Assembly (NCBI GenBank): GCA_043820925.1
Contig: JBDRDL010000032.1
Coordinates: forward strand, 1-30,911
DNA from: Methanobacteriota archaeon
GTDB taxonomy: Archaea; Hydrothermarchaeota; Hydrothermarchaeia; Hydrothermarchaeales; JACRDW01
Direction: 5' to 3'
DNA: 30,911 nt
The position numbers and the translations under genes were made by a program. This document shows positions 1-7,241 of this stretch, piece by piece (the first letter of the stretch is position 1; each line of letters begins with the position of its first letter). The notes beneath the pieces were generated by a model. The model was not told where the DNA came from and made no database searches. It saw only the letters and a program-made list of their open reading frames with translations.

Positions 1-17
1 AAAAGGAGTGGATTGAC

Positions 18-434
18 ATGATAAAAATAGGAATAGTAGCATCTGAGTTTAACTATGAGATTACCTATCCAATGGTCGAGCTAGCGAAGGAGCAGGCAGA
101 CTTCCTTGGAGCAGAAATTACATATATAGTTAAGGTACCTGGTGCATTTGACATGCCGCTGGCAGTTAAAAAGCTGCTGGAGAAGAAGAATATAGATGGA
201 GTAGTTACCCTCGGCGCAATCATAGAGGGCGAAACCAAGCATGACGAAATCGTTATTCAGCAAGCTTCCAGAAAAATCGCAGATTTGGCACTAGAGTACA
301 GCAAGCCAGTTTCCTTAGGCGTTTCTGGCCCTGGTTTGAGCAGGCTTGCTGCACAAGAAAGAGTCGAGTATGCGAAGAGGGCAGTGGAGGCGGTTGTCAA
401 AATGGTAAAGAAGATGAAGGAACTGGAGAAGTAA
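18..434 (+). CDS. ribH: 6,7-dimethyl-8-ribityllumazine synthase
   Basis: IGIVASEFN, VPGAFDMP and LGAIIEGETKHD motifs of lumazine synthase; GGAGTGG SD upstream. Confidence 0.95.
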   Translation: MIKIGIVASEFNYEITYPMVELAKEQADFLGAEITYIVKVPGAFDMPLAVKKLLEKKNIDGVVTLGAIIEGETKHDEIVIQQASRKIADLALEYSKPVSLGVSGPGLSRLAAQERVEYAKRAVEAVVKMVKKMKELEK

Positions 435-545
435 GAGGTTGAACCCTTGCAGGGGACATGAAAAAACAGCAAAAGAAGTCGTGCCGGAGATTAAGAGCGC
501 GAAGGTAATGATTGAGATTTAGGGGCGTTGGATAAATTAAATTTC

Positions 546-627
546 ACTTAACGGTTTCGGTGTTTGCGAAGTTCCACCGAAGGTGGAATTTGGGTGAGCG
601 TAGCGAACCGCAAACACCGTGTTAGGC
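546..627 (-). other. attC-like recombination site closing cassette 2
   Basis: Minus strand reads GCCTAAC (RYYYAAC)...GTTAAGT (GTTRRRY), 82 bp; perfect 11-bp inner stem 558-568/609-619; internal GAA and GTA triloop hairpins. Confidence 0.85.
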
Positions 628-1862
628 GACCGAGCCAACGAAGTTGGCGAGGCAAGGACACGAAGTGTCCGCAGAGTTGCCCGCATTTTTCACTCCTACC
701 CCCTCACTCCCACGTTATAAAACTGTCGATAGAGCCTTGCTTGTAATCATTGCATGAACCTAAATTTATGGGGCAGTGTCATAATATCCTCTCAAGAGTT
801 TCTTTCATTGGGTTCTTGAGGATATTTTCCCAAGACCACAGATTTCTGTCAAACAAGATATGTTCAATGTTGACTTCCTTCGGAAGTTCTTTTACCGAGA
901 ACGGTATTGCAGATTTGAATGCATCAAGTGTTGGTTGATAGTTTGTTATTAACTGCCCACTAAATGATACTGGGAATGTTACTCTATCAGACCAATGTGT
1001 ATATGGGAGCATTTTCATGCACCACGATGAAGCACATTCGAGCACATATCGGTATTGACAAAATGCAGACATATCAGGCAAATATATGGACTGAACATTT
1101 GGTGGAAGTTCTATGCCTCGCCATTCTGACGGCATACCTGTCAAGTGTATTTTCAGGTGTAGATGTTCATTGGCATACTGGGTAAGAGTCTTTACTCTGA
1201 AAGCGTCCCGGTTTCCGCGGTTTAATGGAGCAAGAACATAATTGGAATCATGCCTATGGTGAAGTGTGGCTACTGGTTCAGCCCAACAGCCTGAAGGCAC
1301 GTACCATGCCGGCTGTTTGAATAGGCTGAGATAGTTTGCTGTACACCAGATGGCATCTGAGTTCTCAGTTAGAAATTTTTGGTGGTATCCGAAATACTTT
1401 TTGCGTCCATTCACAATAAAATGAATGATTTTTGTTCCATTTACATCATGGATTTCTTTCCAGATGTTGGGCAGTTCTTTATATGCTTTCCGCATATCCC
1501 CATACCAGACTTGGGGAATTATCGCAACATCAAACATCGAAAATTGTTCGATAATGTCACAATCAGGTGTAATGGGTTTCACATCATATCCAAGATTTCT
1601 AAGGGCATCTGCCATTTTCTGATATGCATAAATGGATACATGCTGGTTTGGCTGCACTGTAGAATTGAAAAGGCCAATTGTTGTCATATTATACCTCCTC
1701 CAATAGTAGCTCACATTTTGCCTAGTTTGATTCTATTATCGACCATTTTATCGCCCCTTTATGCTCTTCTCCCAAATTCTTCTTTTTTGTGTCCGTGTTT
1801 AACCATCCAAGGCACACAGCATTTAAATTTTTAATTCTCGTCATGCGGGCAATTTCGCCTAA
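552..1862 (-). mobile_element. Gene cassette 2 (1311 bp), glycosyltransferase-like cargo
   Basis: Begins TTAGGCGAAATT on the minus strand and ends in an attC-like site whose R'' (GCCTAAC) is complementary to that start. Confidence 0.8.
779..1687 (-). CDS. Putative GT-B glycosyltransferase-like protein (CgeB-like)
   Basis: ADALRNLGYDV N-terminal motif and SDRVxF...GQLITNY C-terminal motif resemble GT-B/CgeB proteins; start moved to the ATG at 1687 behind a GGAGGAGG SD. Confidence 0.5.
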   Translation of the reverse strand: MTTIGLFNSTVQPNQHVSIYAYQKMADALRNLGYDVKPITPDCDIIEQFSMFDVAIIPQVWYGDMRKAYKELPNIWKEIHDVNGTKIIHFIVNGRKKYFGYHQKFLTENSDAIWCTANYLSLFKQPAWYVPSGCWAEPVATLHHRHDSNYVLAPLNRGNRDAFRVKTLTQYANEHLHLKIHLTGMPSEWRGIELPPNVQSIYLPDMSAFCQYRYVLECASSWCMKMLPYTHWSDRVTFPVSFSGQLITNYQPTLDAFKSAIPFSVKELPKEVNIEHILFDRNLWSWENILKNPMKETLERIL

Positions 1863-1936
1863 TGGCTTGCGGATAAAAGAAGTTGCCGAAGGCAATTTTG
1901 TGAAATCTTTGATTTCCCTTTTATCCGCTGTTATAT
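1857..1936 (-). other. attC-like recombination site closing cassette 1 (R' core reads ATT, not GTT)
   Basis: Minus strand reads ATATAAC...ATTAGGC, 80 bp; perfect 11-bp inner stem 1869-1879/1918-1928; same spacer geometry as the site at 546-627. Confidence 0.85.
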
Positions 1937-1987
1937 GACCCGAAGGGTAAGGTTGCGAAGCAACCATAGAATTCGGCTTGGCGGTTA

Positions 1988-2962
1988 TCATTTTGTCCAT
2001 TCTTTCAATTTCTTAATAATCCTTAATTCTTCTTTTGACTCTCTCCACTCACCTATTATCTCATTTATCTTACCTTCTAATTGCTTTGATGGCATTTTCT
2101 CAGGTGGATTACAATTCACATTTTTTAAAGTAAAGAACTTATAGATTTTCAAAAGAGGATTCTCTTGCCTAAATTCAATTACTTTAACCCCTATTTTTTC
2201 AGATTCTTTCTTCATCATTTCTGTTAGCCTATCAGTCAGGAACAAATCTACTTTTCTGGCAAGTGCTTCATCACCAATTTCTGGATTTCCTATTCCAAGT
2301 AGTTTCAACTCAACAGTTAAAGGCTCCTTATCTCTATTGAAGACTATGGCGTCGATTTCTCTGTTTTCAACCAACCCTTTTTTCTTCATTTCATCAAATA
2401 TCAAGACATAATCGTCTTCTGGAACTTTTAATAACCGAAATATTGTATACAACAAGCCTTTTTCGGTCTTTTTCCCTACTTCACTCCAAGCTCCACCTTG
2501 AATCGTTAGTTTCATTGCTGATATGATGTTGACGAAAAATAAACTTTCAATATCATCTAATTCAACTTGCTCATCATCTTTTTTGATTATTATTTTGATA
2601 TGATATAAGTTCTCACCACTTTCAAACTCTTTAAGCAACAGTCTTAGTGCTTCTATATTCTTCTTGCCCAAATCTAAGCATACTTCCTTTTTAGATGTAC
2701 CTCCTGTCATATTTTTTACGGTCTTATCATTCAACCCACCAAACCACAAAAGTTTAAATTTGTTCTCTTTCCCTTTCTTTTTGTAAGTGTCATCTAAAAG
2801 TTTTTCAAGCCAATTATCCCCTTTTCGTTTGTATTCAAAGATTTCAGAAGTTAGTTCTTGTGCTTTATCGATGAATCTTTTATTTATAGTCGCAAGAACA
2901 TAGGTTCTATAATCTTGACCTGTAAGAATTGAGTGTATTATTTTGCTAATAAGCTCTTTCAT
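1988..2962 (-). CDS. Type II restriction endonuclease, CfrBI-like family
   Basis: GGAWSxxGKxxEK, REID...ELKLLGIGNPE (PD-D/ExK-type) motifs as I recall them for the CfrBI family; directly downstream of a DNA methyltransferase. Confidence 0.75.
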   Translation of the reverse strand: MKELISKIIHSILTGQDYRTYVLATINKRFIDKAQELTSEIFEYKRKGDNWLEKLLDDTYKKKGKENKFKLLWFGGLNDKTVKNMTGGTSKKEVCLDLGKKNIEALRLLLKEFESGENLYHIKIIIKKDDEQVELDDIESLFFVNIISAMKLTIQGGAWSEVGKKTEKGLLYTIFRLLKVPEDDYVLIFDEMKKKGLVENREIDAIVFNRDKEPLTVELKLLGIGNPEIGDEALARKVDLFLTDRLTEMMKKESEKIGVKVIEFRQENPLLKIYKFFTLKNVNCNPPEKMPSKQLEGKINEIIGEWRESKEELRIIKKLKEWTK

Positions 2963-2966
2963 ACTT

Positions 2967-4388
2967 TCACCTCTTGATTTTTATGTCTACAGATATTGTC
3001 TCTATTGCCTCACTTATCTTATCAATATTCTTCAACAATCTTTCTTTTGTAGGTCTTCTACCTCTAATTGAAGTACCTTGAACCTTCTTTATTTGCTCTC
3101 TAAATCCTATTATCTGTTCTCTTACAATTCCAGAAATAATACTGTCATCATCCGTGGAAACTTCCGTATTACCTATTTTCTTCATTACAAGGATATACTC
3201 GTCATCAATCTTTCCTATATCTGCACTCGTGTATTTCCTTGTTTTATCAATATTTCTAAAAATTATTTTTATCGGTTTAAATCCTATCTTTTTACCCATC
3301 TCTGCAAAAAATTTATGGCTTTCAATCAACTCATATTCCAAACTGGAGTTGCCTACTACTATCACACATAATTTGTCTTTTTTCAAAACTCGATTCATCT
3401 CTATCATCGAACGGAGCATGTCTCCTAAATATTCAGAAAGTAATCTAAACCTATTAATAATAAAATGAGAGTGTCCTCCTATCTCATGTTTTCTAAATAA
3501 GTCAAAATCCATCCCAAGCCAAAGCATGTTATACATATGGGCCCTATAATAATCCAACGCATTTACGTAGGGGGGAGAAGTTACAATTAAGTCTATTGAA
3601 TCTGTTTCAACTTCTAATTTTCTTGCATCACCACAAATTATTTTTGCCTCTGGGATGCTTTTAACAATTATAGCTGTCTTTCTTAGTTCGTTTTGCATAG
3701 ATTTTACCTTTTTCAAAAACAGATTATCAACATCGATTCCATCACCATTTTCTACCAATGACCAGATTGTAGAAGATAAAGCGACTCTGCCAAGGTCAAA
3801 TAGATCATTATGACCTTCTTCTTTTATCTCTATTAAAGTTTCACGTATGCTTTCTAATTTTGAGATTACAACTCTGTTGAATATTTTACTTACTTTTCTG
3901 TTAGGTAGATTGTTAAGTCTTTCATTAACTCTTCTATAATCTAAATCTAAATATCGCTTCATCACTGCTAATTTTTTGTTAAAATATCTAAACTCATTTT
4001 CATCAATCAAGGTAGTTTTTACTTTAGTTATTAATGCTGCAAGTGGGTTAAAGTCATTGCCAATATAATTTCGATTATTTAGGAAAGCCTCTACTAATGT
4101 TGTTCCACACCCACACATCGGATCTAAAACATTTTCTCCTTCTTTTGTAAATAATTTGATAAAAGTTAGGGGTATCTGAGGTATGAACCTTGCAGGGTAA
4201 GAATGAAATGTATGTGTAAGATATTGAGTTGTAAAATCTTTAAAATCCCAATCGATTTTATCTAAAACTTCAATCCTTTTAGAGAAATTATGCCCTCCAC
4301 TGATTAGTTCTATGTATTTTTGTTTGAGTGTCTTTTCCTCGAACAAAGTTGCTTGTTTCGTCTCATAAAGCATTTTCATCATATTCAC
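2967..4388 (-). CDS. DNA methyltransferase, probably N4-cytosine (motif I before motif IV)
   Basis: HSYPARFIPQ, LDPMCGCGTT (SAM binding) and TSPPY (catalytic); exact start uncertain among several Met codons. Confidence 0.9.
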   Translation of the reverse strand: MNMMKMLYETKQATLFEEKTLKQKYIELISGGHNFSKRIEVLDKIDWDFKDFTTQYLTHTFHSYPARFIPQIPLTFIKLFTKEGENVLDPMCGCGTTLVEAFLNNRNYIGNDFNPLAALITKVKTTLIDENEFRYFNKKLAVMKRYLDLDYRRVNERLNNLPNRKVSKIFNRVVISKLESIRETLIEIKEEGHNDLFDLGRVALSSTIWSLVENGDGIDVDNLFLKKVKSMQNELRKTAIIVKSIPEAKIICGDARKLEVETDSIDLIVTSPPYVNALDYYRAHMYNMLWLGMDFDLFRKHEIGGHSHFIINRFRLLSEYLGDMLRSMIEMNRVLKKDKLCVIVVGNSSLEYELIESHKFFAEMGKKIGFKPIKIIFRNIDKTRKYTSADIGKIDDEYILVMKKIGNTEVSTDDDSIISGIVREQIIGFREQIKKVQGTSIRGRRPTKERLLKNIDKISEAIETISVDIKIKR

Positions 4389-4435
4389 CTATATGCTTTT
4401 GTTTTTATTAAATTTGTTGTCCATCCGCCAAGCCG

Positions 4436-4520
4436 AATTTCATATAACTCCTTCATATCCGACAAGATTGTCGTATATCTTTCCATTTTGGTGTTATATC
4501 TGACGTTGATGTCGCATATC
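4436..4520 (-). other. attI-like primary recombination site
   Basis: GTTATATGAAATT core on the minus strand (G at 4448), about 90 bp after the integrase stop; two 26-bp quasi-palindromic direct repeats at 4454-4479 and 4495-4520. Confidence 0.65.
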
Positions 4521-4537
4521 CATCCATTGGCAGATTA

Positions 4538-5587
4538 TCATTTGTTATCATTCATTACCTCCTCAGACAGTATAGAGTCCAACGGATTTTTTATTTTGCT
4601 CAGTTCCCTATTGCTTACGTGAGTATATATTTCTGTTGTTTTACTGCTTTTGTGTCCCAACAGTTCCTGTATATATCGTAGGTCTATTCCACTTTCTAAA
4701 AGGTGCGTAGCGAAACTGTGTCTTAGAGAATGAACAGTAACTTCTTTCTTGATCCATGCGTTTCCGCACGCTTGCTCAAAGATCCTCTGCGCTGTTCTTG
4801 TGGTTATATGCGATTCTGCATCAGTTGAAGGAAATAGCCACACCTTGGGTCGATGGAATTCTGTATATATCTTTAATATTTTCAGAGCCACATCCGATAG
4901 TAGAGTGTAACGGTCCTTCCTTCCTTTCGCACCGCGAACATGTATCAGTTTCCTCTGAGCATCTATATCCTCTATTTTCAGCCTAACAACCTCGCCTACT
5001 CTTAAGCCCGCTGAATATGTGAGCATAAGAATTGCCCTGTGCTTTACATTTGCAACGGATGAAAGTATTCTGGATACCTCCTCTCTGCTCAATACAACCG
5101 GCAACTTTTTGTCCTTCTTTGGTCTTTTGATATCGTAGGCAAAGTTCCGCTTTAAAATTCCGCCGTAGTAAAACTTCAGCGCATTAATCACTATGTTCAA
5201 GGTCGATGCAGAGGATTCTTTTCTGTCAGCAAGATAAAACAGGTAGTTCTTTACGTCTTCATTGTCGATATCGCCAGGGCTCTTTTTAGCAAATCTCAAG
5301 AGTTCGTTATTGTAATGAACGTACGCCTTTATTGTCTTTGAGCTGTATTTTCTTGATGTAAGTTCTCTTCTCAAACTCTCTAAATGCAGAGAAGGGTCAA
5401 TATCGACTTTTTCCCCTTCAAATAGAGACGCAATCTTTTCTACAGCACCCTCATTGGATGGAAAACTCCAGTATTTCCCATCAGGATTCCACTTATATCC
5501 ATTAACAGTTTTAATTTTTGCGATGTAATCCGGATTATACGGAAGTTTAACTGTTATCCTCCCGTCTTCTTTTACGATAGTTATCAT
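4538..5587 (-). CDS. IntI-like tyrosine recombinase with N-terminal HARP-like and SAM-like domains
   Basis: Catalytic set YSAGLRVGE, AKGRKDR, HSLRHSFATHLLE, LLGH, TTEIYTHV; SAM-like YSSKTIKAY...STLNIVINALKFYY; LPVVLSREEV linker typical of IntI-like enzymes. Confidence 0.92.
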   Translation of the reverse strand: MITIVKEDGRITVKLPYNPDYIAKIKTVNGYKWNPDGKYWSFPSNEGAVEKIASLFEGEKVDIDPSLHLESLRRELTSRKYSSKTIKAYVHYNNELLRFAKKSPGDIDNEDVKNYLFYLADRKESSASTLNIVINALKFYYGGILKRNFAYDIKRPKKDKKLPVVLSREEVSRILSSVANVKHRAILMLTYSAGLRVGEVVRLKIEDIDAQRKLIHVRGAKGRKDRYTLLSDVALKILKIYTEFHRPKVWLFPSTDAESHITTRTAQRIFEQACGNAWIKKEVTVHSLRHSFATHLLESGIDLRYIQELLGHKSSKTTEIYTHVSNRELSKIKNPLDSILSEEVMNDNK

Positions 5588-5659
5588 TTTTCTTCATTTA
5601 AGCGTATTACTTATACTGTCGCTTATCTCTTTTGTTAGAGCGTCGGAAAAATGATTTTT

Positions 5660-6265
5660 CTATTTTATCCTTACGCCGGGAAATCCCCTTTCAATTATCT
5701 TCTGCAAAATGCTCTTGGTACTGTGCAGGGGATACTCTCTATATTCTCTTATTCTCACGACTTTAACGCCCATGCCTCTCTTTTGCAGTTCTTTTTTTAT
5801 TTGCTCTTCGTCATGATACTGGTCAGGACCGAGAGCGATGGTATCCGGCTTTATTTTCTCAATGACCTTTAGGAAATCGTCTTCCCTGCCCAGCATCGCT
5901 ACGTCAACAGGTTTGAGGTACTCAAGCATCGCAATCCTCTGCTCTTCCGACACGATAGGAATCCTTTTCCTCTTCGCTACCGTTGAGTCTCTTGCCACAA
6001 TAACGACAAGAACGTCGCCGTATTCTTTCGCTTTTTCCAGAATGAACCCATGCCCTGGATGCAGGATATCGAAGACTCCTCCGCAGGCTACGACCTTTAT
6101 TTTTTTTCTCCCTTTTTCGGTCAGCCTGTAGCCTGCCCCAGTTTTTTCAATCAAGCTGTTTTTCTTTAATTTTTCAATCGAAATTCCCAATTTTTTAAGC
6201 TCGCTGCCACTAACGATGCCGTTTTTAAACTCCAGTTTCCAGATACTTGCGAGCAGCTCTTTCAT
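5660..6265 (-). CDS. ribL: Archaeal FAD synthase (cytidylyltransferase-like) with N-terminal winged-helix-like extension
   Basis: GGVFDILHPGH, VIVARD, PDTIALGPDQ motifs; YRLTEKG wing-like motif in the first ~55 aa. Confidence 0.8.
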   Translation of the reverse strand: MKELLASIWKLEFKNGIVSGSELKKLGISIEKLKKNSLIEKTGAGYRLTEKGRKKIKVVACGGVFDILHPGHGFILEKAKEYGDVLVVIVARDSTVAKRKRIPIVSEEQRIAMLEYLKPVDVAMLGREDDFLKVIEKIKPDTIALGPDQYHDEEQIKKELQKRGMGVKVVRIREYREYPLHSTKSILQKIIERGFPGVRIK

Positions 6266-6666
6266 ATTCGCAGCCTCTCAGCGATTTCTCTCATCTCTCC
6301 CTCGCTCATTTTTTTCCGTGGTGCGTGAAAGTTAATGCCGTCGTCGGGATACCGGGGCAGGACATGGCAGTGCACGTGAAAAACGAGCTGCCCTGCAACT
6401 TTCCCCTCGTTGATGAAGTAGTTGACTCCTTCAGCGCCGAGATTTCTATTCATAGAGCCAGCTACTTTCTGGGCAGCTGTAAAGAGATTTTTTACTTCTT
6501 CTGCAGACAGCTCGCTGAGATTTTCTGCATGCTTTTTTAGCATGACCAGAGCATGTCCCTTGCTGACAGGATTTATATCCAGAATCGCAATTGCATGGCT
6601 ATCCTCATATATCTTGTGCCCGTGTTTTTCACCAGCTATAATCTTGCAGAATACACAGTCTTTCAT
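6262..6666 (-). CDS. HIT family hydrolase
   Basis: DCVFCKII, LDINPVSKGHALV, AGQLVFHVHCHVLPR. Confidence 0.93.
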   Translation of the reverse strand: MKDCVFCKIIAGEKHGHKIYEDSHAIAILDINPVSKGHALVMLKKHAENLSELSAEEVKNLFTAAQKVAGSMNRNLGAEGVNYFINEGKVAGQLVFHVHCHVLPRYPDDGINFHAPRKKMSEGEMREIAERLRI

Positions 6667-7238
6667 TGCGACGACCTCATCATTGCCCTCGCAAGTAACC
6701 TTGCAACTCTCAGCGGCTCAGGTACTGCGCCCTGAAGAGTGAATTTATCTAAGACTCTCTTGACCTCTTTTTCATTCTCTATTCCAAGAAAGCGCACAAA
6801 CACTTTCTTTTTCGTGTGCAGCTTTATTGGCATGCGAGAGCCGAGCTTCCTGTATTTCGCTACCCTCTTTCTCCAGTCTTTGAAGTTATCCTTGAAGAAT
6901 TTCTCCAAACCTTCGCTCTCTTCGTAGGTTACGCAGATTAGCGGCAGCTGAATTTTTTTGAAAACTTTGTTTAATTCAACGATGTTATACCAGCTTATGA
7001 CGCAGCCGTTGAGCAGCAGAAGATTGATATCTCTTCTTTTCAAATCCTCGAACAGGCTGAGAACCCCTCCTGTAGCATCCAAGCCTCCGACTGTTATTTT
7101 TGTAAGCGCAAAGCCGTCTATCTGAAAGTCGCCACGCATAACCACGCCCGCAAGTATTGCTTTCTTGCTTTTTCCTTTCTGGAAACTCTCTGCAATTCCA
7201 AAGGCACGGAGACCTTTTTTATGGACGTGAAGGCGCAT
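6663..7238 (-). CDS. DUF99 family protein (endonuclease V-like fold)
   Basis: GIAESF, ITVGGLDAT, PEPLRVARLLA motifs. Confidence 0.85.
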   Translation of the reverse strand: MRLHVHKKGLRAFGIAESFQKGKSKKAILAGVVMRGDFQIDGFALTKITVGGLDATGGVLSLFEDLKRRDINLLLLNGCVISWYNIVELNKVFKKIQLPLICVTYEESEGLEKFFKDNFKDWRKRVAKYRKLGSRMPIKLHTKKKVFVRFLGIENEKEVKRVLDKFTLQGAVPEPLRVARLLARAMMRSSQ

Positions 7239-7241
7239 TTG

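Larger units (their letters stand above)
1863..4447 (-). mobile_element. Gene cassette 1 (2585 bp), type II restriction-modification cargo
   Basis: Begins TTATATGAAATT at the attI-like site and ends in an attC-like site with complementary ATATAAC; visibly more AT-rich than the housekeeping genes. Confidence 0.8.

Noticed and set aside
1722..2000. 92-aa ORF (also 564-746 and 1935-2144) as cassette genes
   Set aside because: They run across attC-like hairpins and cassette boundaries and show no protein motifs
4538..5587. Recombinase as the housekeeping XerA or a provirus integrase
   Set aside because: It adjoins cassette-type sites, and there are no viral genes, tRNA target or att duplication; phylogeny is still needed to exclude XerA formally
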